Positions 9,801 to 17,863 of a stretch of DNA of 64,000 bases are shown in pieces (position 1 is the first letter of the stretch; each line of letters opens with the position of its first letter). A model generated the notes under the pieces. The model made no database searches. It saw only the letters and a program-made list of their open reading frames with translations, and was not told where the DNA came from. Source of the stretch: Cyanophora paradoxa CCMP329 (taxonomy: Eukaryota; Plantae; Glaucophyta); the NCBI GenBank assembly GCA_004431415.1, contig QPMI01000133.1, positions 186,001 through 250,000 on the forward strand. The letters are read 5' to 3'. The position numbers were made by a program, and so were the translations under genes.

Positions 9801-10149
9801 GCACACCATCTAGATCTCGCGGCACTGGTATTTCTTCAACGTCTTGAAATATATTCGGGACGTCTTCTAGTATCGCCTCCTCGGCCTGAACGGCGTTTGC
9901 GCGAGCTGCTGCAATTGCGCCAAAATGGCCTGCGAGCTGGCTTTCAAATAATCGGCGAGCTGGGCGAACTGTCCCTCGCAATCGCAGCAGTGTCGCAATA
10001 TAGTTGCGAATCGTGCGGCCCCAGGTCCCGCCGCTAGCGTCTGCTAGGCGCATTAGTTTATTTCGAAATGTCCCGTGAATATATCCACGATCGTAAAGCT
10101 CTGTCGCTAAGTTTCTAAGTTCGGTCTTAAGTGCTGCAGTGGTGGCCAT
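6823..10149 (-). CDS. polB: Protein-primed family B DNA polymerase with N-terminal terminal-protein, OTU-like and Zn-finger regions
   Basis: Exonuclease motifs ADFET, FYNGSGFDY and YVEDDV. Polymerase motifs DVVSLYPTAM, KISMNGLYGK, YTDTDSL, GPKLY and KGI. First ATG is at 10149. Confidence 0.95.
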   Translation of the reverse strand: MATTAALKTELRNLATELYDRGYIHGTFRNKLMRLADASGGTWGRTIRNYIATLLRLRGTVRPARRLFESQLAGHFGAIAAARANAVQAEEAILEDVPNIFQDVEEIPVPRDLDGVLSHRHHRYPNLLFDKHVYAIEPNFDPESVKNLTIDILGQLGVAEMIGRFVIIRFRFDNNHMYTTQLIQIRQNGLQTLTESLDERIAQWMSAQLSYQEDDIWVVILIEVLIADNAAGALGNVPKLPFYHRTVDKLYCPMSPANDCVLECFEYVKLDPRGLSLKTVIEKLAKAPYASIRERLGLGKGMISLDRSTVEAICGFYSIDATVTEWTNTKFKELFRTQFDYSKRAILCNIDGHCYLIKKEATLGLERCPCCGKMFDLATHAEQCTFCNNCKRAYDPRKDHSSECQEMTRRQNVIGRQIKPCKPETEFTALDSVVCADFETFAADGKTHVPYAVSYCTIERGGVSSCELIYGEQTLDIFMRWLERRSEKTTLVFYNGSGFDYIFVYKWLVINRPNAAVNVLRSNGKIKNMSWKTAAGGPISTFDPCLHIQASLKQACKDYGCTNVKGDFDHSKIKTWEDVERFKSEWEPYVEDDVKAMTELYIKYSTAVFDLYGLNVNTTQTTTASAMAFQIHRQTLINPISLPTYKDDQVLRQAIYGGRCLPFKRKFVSSGPDDYLVDLDVVSLYPTAMYENWFPTGKYKHITSPDALDRFCKFVQSSQRSLMFIACVDVTIPQNLLLSPLPRHESNLGWSNLKPIERGWYTSVDINRAIKLGCEVTKVHEVYLFDGKDQIFKTYMERMYCQKARSRKGTAQYATSKISMNGLYGKYCQRPVITTSDLVTSYKRFREIQRSAQITDISIESDTRMFVTYEIEESKRDRAVSKPCFIGAFILSYSREIMDRFLIEIGAYWNIDAMPFYTDTDSLIVHRKYADLLRAKGYMKPAYDIATATDADICRQELGKLDCDIKGRIVEAYFIGPKLYTCLFVRDSDAQFDLHVRAKGIPQSWIQEHWLPDEPEARKGALDRRIALEAYRCMLEDPAYQPKCTIESKLARVYKPNGRQRESGISFSSMIQIPFARQLNRSQYTKRKIISDEYYSSVPHEYRAGESN

Positions 10150-10251
10150 TGCAATCGCTTTCAAGAAGAGGGACTGAAATTATTTTTGGATTTCAACGCA
10201 ACAATCTCTGACTGTCAGTTAAACTGAGAGGAACCTTTAAGCCATAGCTCA

Positions 10252-10764
10252 GACGTTCGCGACTTTGGACAAAAGTTCACGTCGACGTTCGCGACTTTGG
10301 ACAAAAGTTCACGTCGACGTTCGCGACTTTGGACAAAAGTTCACGTCCAAAATCCTCAAGCATGCTGGCGCACCCCCGCGCATGTCTCGCGCAATCTAGA
10401 CGCTAATATAGCCTCAATTACACTATAAGAGACGACTAGACTAGCTGCTAGCCAATTTGGGCGACGTTCTGAAGTTCGTGACTTTGGACAAAAGTTCACG
10501 TCCAAAATCCTCAAGCATGCTGGCGCATCCCCACGCGTGTGTGGCATGATCAAAGCGCTAGTATAGCCTCAATTACACCACAGGAGACTACTAGACTACT
10601 TGCTAGCCGATTCGGGCGCCGTTCTGAAGTTCGTGACTTTGGACAAAAGTTCACGTCCAAGGTCGCCTAGTGACTTTGGACAAAAGTTCACGTCCAAGGT
10701 CGCCTAGTGACTTTGGACAAAAGTTCACGTCCAAGGTCGCCTAGTGACTTTGGACAAAAGTTCA
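10252..10764. repeat. Array of 8 copies of GACTTTGGACAAAAGTTCA
   Basis: Copies start at 10261, 10293, 10325, 10480, 10635, 10672, 10709 and 10746 (spacings 32, 32, 155, 155, 37, 37, 37). Confidence 0.95.
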
Positions 10765-10774
10765 AGAGCAATCT

Positions 10775-11352
10775 CTAGGCCTTATCGATCTGGCTATCCT
10801 TATCACTGTCAGGCTTGATGATCTTCGAGATCTCTCCGCGAATGCGGCGTGCAAGTTGAATGTCCTTCGGCATGATAGTGACGCTGCAACGGAAAACGAT
10901 TAGAGGATTGCAGGATATGACAAAAAGCAAGTTGGCTCACCGTTTAGCATGAATCGCGCACAGGTTAGCATCTTCGAACACTCCCACCAGGTAAGCCTCG
11001 GCGGCAGTCTGGATCGCCAGCATGGCGTGCGACTGGAAGCGCAAGAGGGGATTAATGTCCTGAGTGATCTCGCGAACGAGTCGCTGGAATGGCAGCTTGC
11101 GAATCAGGAGATCCGTGGTCTTCTGGTACTTGCGGATCTCGCGCAACGCCACAGTGCCTGCAATCGTGATAATTAGATGAAAGCGACGGACGCACAGCTG
11201 CAGGGAATCCGTTGCTTACCTGGGCGATAGCGATACGGTTTCTTGACTGGGCTAGCCGCAATCGCGCGTTTCTTGGCTACAATGCTCAGTCTCGCCTTGC
11301 GTTCAGCGTTGTCTACAGTGCGCTTGGTCGGGTTGGCCTTCACGCGCGCCAT
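10775..11352 (-). CDS. H3: Histone H3 variant, 3 exons (11352-11220, 11157-10941, 10883-10775), 152 aa
   Basis: GT-AG introns 11219-11158 and 10940-10884 restore KKPYRYRPG|[12 protein letters not shown]...AIHAKR|[17 protein letters not shown]. Tail is divergent and the C-terminus is extended. Confidence 0.93.
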
Positions 11353-11449
11353 GTTTGCTGCTCGCACTCTATGTAGCTAGATCTGGAGGAGTGAGCCGCC
11401 TGGGGAAGTTGAGATGGGCACCTTTGATGGAAGCATGGGTACGCTAGCG

Positions 11450-12136
11450 CTGCCTGGGAAGTTGTTTTTCACTTTTTCGGTTCACTTTGAAGCCAGCGGC
11501 GAAGCGACTTGTTTTTCGATTATTTTAACAACTTCGAAGTCATTTTTTGATCATATATATATTCAATGTATCTACTAGTAGCCTAGTAGCAGGTACTATG
11601 GAGGCCTGGAGGCTGGGGCCCGGGGGCCTGGGGCCCGGGCCCCGCGCAGGGCTGCAGCTGGTTTTCAATGATATTCACAACTTCGAAGTCGTTTTTTTGC
11701 CTGCCTGGGAAGTTGTTTTTCACTTTTTCGGTTCACTTTGAAGCCAGTGGCGAAACGACTTGTTTTTCGATTTTTTAACAACTTCGAAGTCATTTTTTGA
11801 TCATATATATATTCAATGTATCTACTAGTAGCCTAGTAGCAGGTACTGGGCCTGGAGGCTGGGGGCCTGGGGCCCGGGCCCCGCGCAGGGCTGCACGCAG
11901 GGCTGCAGCCTCGGGCCTGGCCACAAAAAAATAGCTTGAAAGTGACCGGAAAAACCAAAAAATAACTTCCAAGTCGGACGCTGATTGGCCGATGTGACGT
12001 AACACGAGCCTCGGAGCCAGCCGGCCTGGGGCCCCGGGGCCCGGGCCCCGCGCAGGGCTGCAGCCTCGGGCCTGGCAACAAAAAAATAGCTTGAAAGTGA
12101 CCGGAAAAACCAAAAAATAACTTCCAAGTCGGACGG
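11450..12136. repeat. Nested direct duplications between the H3 and Rep genes
   Basis: About 11450-11658 is repeated at about 11701-11910, and about 11865-11980 at about 12035-12135. ACTTCGAAGT/ACTTCCAAGT motifs recur. Confidence 0.85.
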
Positions 12137-13167
12137 CCTCGGAGCATAATACTGATAAAGTACAGACCTTAATATTCTGCATTACGGTAGCTAGTAGTAT
12201 AGCTATAGCTAGAGCCGGCGCACCGGTGCCATAACACTGCCATTACTGTGCAGTACACTGCCGTACCGCCGGCGCGGTCGACGTCGATATCGCCGAGTCG
12301 ATCCGGTCCCGGGCCTCCCGCGGCCGCCATGCAGACTCCCGGCCCGCCGGCGCCGCCGGGCCGGCGCGGGTCCGCCGCGTACCGTACTAACCGTAGTACT
12401 GTGGCACGCGTACCGTACTAACCGTAGTACTAGCTATACTATGATAGTCAGGTCCGTCGAGATCCGTGGTAAGTTTGCGGCACGGAACCTTGACATGATT
12501 GGCCCGGCCCTGGCAAGCAGCCGGCGCCGCCGGCTCAGCGGCTGGGAAAAACAATGCAAAACCAACTTTGAAGTCATCACTTTGAAATTGGAACTACAAA
12601 TTAAGGTTATATTTGATAGAGTTTCAACTGTACCCTAAAGCTGAACATCACTGTACCACTCCTTCTTTTTTTTCACGAGCAGGAGCGTAGAACTTCTCCA
12701 GCGAGCAGCTGAGCGAGCGGGGTGCACGCCGCCTTTGCGAGCATTCATAGTTCATCATAGAGCACCGTTTCCAGCTGTCCGCGGCGCCCGTACGTGTAGA
12801 ACTTTCCAAGCCTTCCTCATGGCTTGCACTGCTACGTCCTCACCATCGCGCACTCAGATCGCTTGAAACAAGTTTGGAACACGATATATAACACCTTCGA
12901 AGCCTCTAATCCGTGCGCCAGCCGCCCTCGCAGAGCACCCGTTGCTTTCGCCGAGTCGAATTCATTTCATTCACTTTCTTTCGAATTCGAATTCCAACTC
13001 GAACTTCGGAAGCGGTTAAGGCATAATAAGTTTTAATAAAATAACGTTTTAAATTTTAAATTATTGGGTACACGATTATTCAGATATTGATAGTGACCAG
13101 CTACATACTTTTATTTAATTTAATTTTGTAATTTGGCTTACCGTTTGTTATTAACGCAGATCAGACC

Positions 13168-14698
13168 ATGGACAACTTCGAAGTCGGAATGCAATTGGTG
13201 CACGTGAACAATTATGGGCCCGCGCCTGCAGCTGCGGGCGCCGGCGCCGGCGCCGGCGGTCCAGTGCCCGCCGCCGCGCCAGCTGCGCATGCAGCTCCAG
13301 CTGTGACTAGGGTCAAGCCGCCCAAAAAAAGTGTCCTGTTCCACTTCGTGATCACGGTAGAAGTCATCGTCGATCCGGAAACTGGTCGGGACACCTGGAG
13401 AGTCCTGCCAATCACGGGCGAAGATTCATTGTTCAACATGCCCGGGTTCGAGCACCTGCGCTACTGTTGCTACCGCATGCGACGCAACCCTATCAACCCT
13501 GGGACGGTCCTGCTCGAGGTATGCATTCGGATGTCATATTCATATGCATATTCGTGTAGATTATTCATAGATGTGTCTACGCACATTCGCAGGGGATGCT
13601 TTACTACTATGAGCAACGTTACTTCACGAATGTGAAAATGGCCTTTCGAGGCTCCGGATTCAACATCAGTTGGCCTCGCATTGCGAACCTAGACAGGAAC
13701 CGCAACTTGCAGGCTCTGCGTACACGCTACATGTCGGGCGAGCAAATCGCGTTTGCTGAGCACGGCGACATTGTCAACCAGAGAGGCGCTCGGAGGGACC
13801 TTCGAGACATGGAGGAGTGGATCGTGGAAAATCAGGCCACATTTGATCAGGTAGCGATCAATAGCCTATATATCTAGTTAATAGCTAGGCCTTTATAAAA
13901 TAGCTAATCGCATGTGCATATATATATGACAATCGAAAGTCAGAAATTCCTAAGCTTGTAGTTGCAATTGCAGACGTAGTTCATCTTTAATTTTAATTCG
14001 AATTCCTGATCAGGTCGCGGACCACTTCTCACACAAGGCTATCAAATACCGCTCTTTTTTGACGGAACTCTGCTCCTTCAATACCCCACCAAAGCCGGAG
14101 ACGAGCATTACCCTTATTTGGGGAGACGCTGGATCTGCGAAGTCATCTGCCATCAGGAGCCTTCCTGGAGTCTACTTCAAGCCTAAAATCAGCAACAAGC
14201 AGGGTGATAATGACTTCTGGACGACTGATTACAAGGGTGAGAGTATTGTATGCCTGGACGAGTTCACAGGCGAGTACTCCATCGAAACCATCAATGGCTG
14301 GTGCAATCCTGGGAACATACGAGTTCGGGTTCTCTATGGCTGGATCGCGTTGTGCGCCACAGAGATCGTCATTATCTCGAACGACTTCATCAGAAACATG
14401 GCAGCTCTGCAGGGTAATTAGTTATATAATTAATTATGAAAGATGACTTTCGCAACTGATCCTGTAACCTAACTCAGATACTTCTGAGGCCGTTTGGACC
14501 GCCTTTTTCCGCCGTGTTAAGAAAGTGATCCGGATGAATGGCAAGGTCGCTGAGGCCCGCAATGGCGCCGCAATGGCAGGCGCTGCACCCGTAGTGGTCA
14601 ATGCAAACAACCGTCCTGCTCAGGAGGTTATTGCTGAGATTGTGAACGCGACGGGAATCAACCAGGACGACGACCAGGATCAGGACGATCAAGAGTAA
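13168..14698 (+). CDS. rep: Spliced CRESS-DNA-virus (circovirus-like) Rep/SF3 helicase homologue, 4 exons (13168-13518, 13593-13850, 14014-14413, 14478-14698), about 409 aa
   Basis: Three GT-AG introns join frames cleanly. Motifs in order: FHFVIT (I), VLLEGMLY (degenerate II), RYMSG (III-like), EHG..QRGARRDL linker, WGDAGSAKS (Walker A), FWTTDYKGESIVCLDEF (B), IVIISN (C), AFFRRV (Arg finger). Confidence 0.85.
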
Positions 14699-14716
14699 AT
14701 TAAATACATTCATTGT

Positions 14717-14892
14717 GAAAAATCAGCTATAGCTAGGTTTCTTGTGAGCCAAAGGCTACGCAAGCTGGCTATAGTCAACGCTTTTGAAAATCAGCTAGGT
14801 TTCTTGTGAGCCAAAGGCTACGCAAGCTAGCTTTAGTCAGCTTTCGAAAATCAGCTAGGTTTCTTGTGAGCCAAATGCTACGCAAGCTAGCT
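14717..14892. repeat. Three tandem units of about 60-69 bp downstream of Rep
   Basis: AGCTAGGTTTCTTGTGAGCCAAA(G/T)GCTACGCAAGCT occurs three times. Confidence 0.92.
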
Positions 14893-15050
14893 GGCATTCT
14901 CTCCTGAGGCCGCAGCAGACCGCGCGCAAGCAACCGGGGCCCCAAGTACACCCACACACGCCCTCCTAAACTCAGTTCCGATATCTCCCTAAACTAACGC
15001 CTAATCAACACGTCCACTCTAGCTCACTAATTTCGCTCAATGATCACGCT

Positions 15051-15124
15051 TATAGGGGTGGACCCCTGATGGTAAAACCAGACTTTGGGGGGCGGTCTGG
15101 TTTGAGGGGGGGTCCTCCCCTTTA
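15051..15124. repeat. GC-rich nested inverted repeat (hairpin) at a compositional junction
   Basis: Outer arms 15051-15066 and 15109-15124 (14/16 complementary). Inner arms AAACCAGAC 15075-15083 and GTCTGGTTT 15095-15103. Confidence 0.85.
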
Positions 15125-15614
15125 CAACATAGCAGAGACAGAGATAAAATCATTTACACTTTCTCCAACTTGCTATTTGAAAAGGACTTATTGCCCACGA
15201 CTGTGTGTCGCAAGACAGATTCCTAATCAAACAGGATCTTCAACATGTTCAAATGGTCAATCTGTCTTCATTTCACCACCTACTTACGGCACCTATCTTA
15301 TTGACAATGAAGGCAACTTTGGATCTTCACGATTTACAGCACCCGTTGCGGGTGTTTACCGTTTTTTCTATACAACTATGAGGATAGATAATCAGACTTC
15401 TTATGTAACTGTGTTTCGGCTACACATAAATGGAGTTGCATCCAATTACGAATTTAGTTGTTCACATAATGGATATGTTTCGCCGGCAATCACATATGAA
15501 ACATTAATAACTCTGAATACTGGGGACAATGTTTCAGTGGTGAACTCATCTGGTGTTACTATCACACTGGACACACGATCTTTCTTGGGTTGCTATCTGG
15601 TAAGCACCATATAA
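15125..15614 (+). pseudogene. 5'-truncated fibre gene retaining a C1q/TNF-like head domain
   Basis: SFTLSPTCYLK..PRLC and IDNEGNF..RFTAPVAGVYRF align with the C-terminal half of ORF 15637. Homology begins where the hairpin ends, and the annotated ATG lies inside the hairpin. Confidence 0.7.
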
Positions 15615-15636
15615 TATTGTCTGTATAGTATAAAGA

Positions 15637-16662
15637 ATGTCTACACAAATAGCCGTTCCTGTTTTCTGTTATGCCGCCCCAAAAATACATCAACTTAACC
15701 ACACAGTCACAGATGCAACCCCTGGTTTTATTTGCACAGAAACAACAGGAGCCGATTCATTTTCTCAAAACTCTGTGATTAGATGCAAAGAAATACGATG
15801 TGATCGCAATAACGGAAAGGTAAGAACCACAGGTTTAATAGTTTCAAATAAGAACCAAGTTCAATCGGGATCAATTGTCCCAGATTCAGCTATTTATGAT
15901 GATGTGGGAGGGTTCACCACACCTAAAATAGTTACTTTTGATAATACAAGTAATAACTCGGCTCTTGTGGTTAAAAGTGGAGGTGCCTACATTGGAGATG
16001 GAGCAAGGATAAATGGGAATCTCACAACTGAACAAATCACAGTAACAGGAGCAACTACATTTAATGATTTGGTGACAGCCAATGGGGGTGTGTATGTTCC
16101 TGGGGCGCAACAATCTATTGTGACAGCAACTACCAAAATAGTGACACCTGAAATAGACACAGGATCAAGCGCAAATCTGGTTTTGAAACGCAACAGTGAT
16201 GTTATGGCGACCCTGGAAGCCAATAGTTTCACCCTAAATACAGGTTGTTATTTAAAGTATGATTTTCAACCTCGATTCTGTGCGCAACTGGGTTACACAC
16301 ACACTGCAACAAGTGCTGCTGTTCTAATCAATTGGACAACCGTTTTTATTGATAACAGAGGTGCATTCAATACAGGTAATGGAAGATTTACAGCCCCTGT
16401 CGCTGGTCATTACAGACTTACAGCAAACTCTCAATCAACAACCTCATCTGCTGTAAATCTCACAATGCAAGTGAATGACACTAACCCTGGGGGTGTATCC
16501 CTCTTCACCTCAGGAACTTCGACTACAATTGGTGTAAAACCTCTATATATTAATGGTATACTCAATCTTGCCGCGGGAGAATATGTAACACTTGTCACAG
16601 GAACCACAGGTAGTTATTCAAGTCGAACAATGTTTACAGCTGAACTTCTAAGTATCACATAA
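15637..16662 (+). CDS. Fibre/spike protein with shared N-terminal domain, shaft and C1q-like head
   Basis: ALVVKSGGAYIGDG shaft motif. IDNRGAFNTGNGRFTAPVAGHYRL..LNLAAGEYVTL..FTAELL C1q signature. Confidence 0.8.
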   Translation: MSTQIAVPVFCYAAPKIHQLNHTVTDATPGFICTETTGADSFSQNSVIRCKEIRCDRNNGKVRTTGLIVSNKNQVQSGSIVPDSAIYDDVGGFTTPKIVTFDNTSNNSALVVKSGGAYIGDGARINGNLTTEQITVTGATTFNDLVTANGGVYVPGAQQSIVTATTKIVTPEIDTGSSANLVLKRNSDVMATLEANSFTLNTGCYLKYDFQPRFCAQLGYTHTATSAAVLINWTTVFIDNRGAFNTGNGRFTAPVAGHYRLTANSQSTTSSAVNLTMQVNDTNPGGVSLFTSGTSTTIGVKPLYINGILNLAAGEYVTLVTGTTGSYSSRTMFTAELLSIT

Positions 16663-16683
16663 ATTTCTTTCTATTAAGTAGGA

Positions 16684-16950
16684 ATGTCAAATATCTATCA
16701 AGTAGGTCTATCTGATACTGAGAAATTGGGAATGGAATATTGCGCTGCTTCTGTTCAGGATTGGATCGATAATGTGGTTCACAATAGGGCAAGAATTGCA
16801 ATCGATGATATTGTTCAAAAAGAAATTCAATCTTGCATCTCATCAGGAGTTCAAATACCAACCTCAAAGGAAGCGATTGTGTTACAGGCATTCCAAAGGG
16901 GAACTGTAAAGAAAGGCATAGAGTATAATAATCTCACAGAAGAGCAATAA
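16684..16950 (+). CDS. Small helical protein, possible fibre-associated chaperone
   Basis: Clean 88-aa ORF inside the fibre cassette (MEYCAASVQDWIDNVVHNRARIAIDDIV). Function is inferred from context only. Confidence 0.6.
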   Translation: MSNIYQVGLSDTEKLGMEYCAASVQDWIDNVVHNRARIAIDDIVQKEIQSCISSGVQIPTSKEAIVLQAFQRGTVKKGIEYNNLTEEQ

Positions 16951-16985
16951 ACATTATTTTTCTTTCCTTCTTAGTAAAAGAAGCA

Positions 16986-17840
16986 ATGGGCGAATATAAT
17001 CGAGTTCAACTTCCAATATATTCCCTTGGATCCCCAGCAATGCACTTTCGCCAGCATGAAGTTAATGATGAGGTTCGTGGTTTAGAATCCACAGAGAGAC
17101 CCAATTCCAATGGTAACTCCTTTGATAAGAATTCGATTATTCGAGTTAAAGAGCTGAGAGCTGATAAGAACTCAGGTGTGGTGAAAACAACTCGACTCCT
17201 GGTCTCAAATGCGAACTTTTTTCAACCTACTAATGGAGGTCCTGATGCTTACAGTGTTGATCTGAAAGCCCTTGATTTCGATAAGAATTCTGCTGCTGCT
17301 ACAATTCGTTCAGGTGGAGCATTTATTGGTGGTGGCTGTCGAGTTTCAGGTCAACTTTCTTCATCAATTTCGTATAATGATGTCCCAGATACTCTTGAAC
17401 AGAATGTGGAGAACCCACAACGAATTCGGTTCTATACACCAGTTGCACAGCAACCTTTTCTGCATTTCTATGTTGCATCATCTGTCACTCTTGAAAATTC
17501 AGAATTGGTTTCCATTACAGGAACTGATCGAGTGAGAAGGAATATTCCTCTTCCCACAGCAATGCTCTCAATGTGCAGAGCAAATAATAACCAACAGGGT
17601 CACAATTACCTATTCTTTGTTCAAGCATCAAATCATTTCGGTCGGGGATATTGTGTTTATAACAATCTGACATTTACTTATGATTTGTTTGTCACTGAGG
17701 TTGGAGTTTACAATACTATGATTATGGGACTGAGAACAGATATAGCAGCTGTTTCAGCACTTCGTGGGGTAAACATTGCAGATATCTTCACAACAGGGTT
17801 TTACCAGGAACCAGATGTGATTGATAACCCAACCCCATAA
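16986..17840 (+). CDS. Fibre-family paralogue with shared N-terminus and alternative C-terminal domain
   Basis: IIRVKELRADKNSGVVKTTRLLVSN..SGGAFIGGG shared with ORFs 15637 and 17864. Confidence 0.75.
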   Translation: MGEYNRVQLPIYSLGSPAMHFRQHEVNDEVRGLESTERPNSNGNSFDKNSIIRVKELRADKNSGVVKTTRLLVSNANFFQPTNGGPDAYSVDLKALDFDKNSAAATIRSGGAFIGGGCRVSGQLSSSISYNDVPDTLEQNVENPQRIRFYTPVAQQPFLHFYVASSVTLENSELVSITGTDRVRRNIPLPTAMLSMCRANNNQQGHNYLFFVQASNHFGRGYCVYNNLTFTYDLFVTEVGVYNTMIMGLRTDIAAVSALRGVNIADIFTTGFYQEPDVIDNPTP

Positions 17841-17863
17841 ATTATATATCTGTTTAATGTAAA

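Noticed and set aside
10252-10764. CRISPR-like array
   Set aside because: Spacers are repeated or homologous rather than unique, spacing is irregular, there are no cas genes, and the context is eukaryotic.
10775-11352. Centromeric histone CenH3
   Set aside because: Loop 1 and tail have canonical length, and Q68 and F84 are retained. The fold is H3.3-like.
12144-12156. CRESS origin nonanucleotide (CAGTATTAT on the minus strand)
   Set aside because: One mismatch to NAGTATTAC and no flanking stem.
11547-13036. Short ORFs in the H3-Rep intergenic region
   Set aside because: They translate duplicated repeat sequence and show no protein-like motifs.
13168-15124. Helitron
   Set aside because: The helicase is SF3 rather than Pif1/SF1, the protein is far too short, and no CTRR end follows the hairpin.
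15069-15124. N-terminus of ORF 15069 as real coding sequence
   Set aside because: It is translated hairpin sequence. Similarity to the paralogue starts only after 15124.
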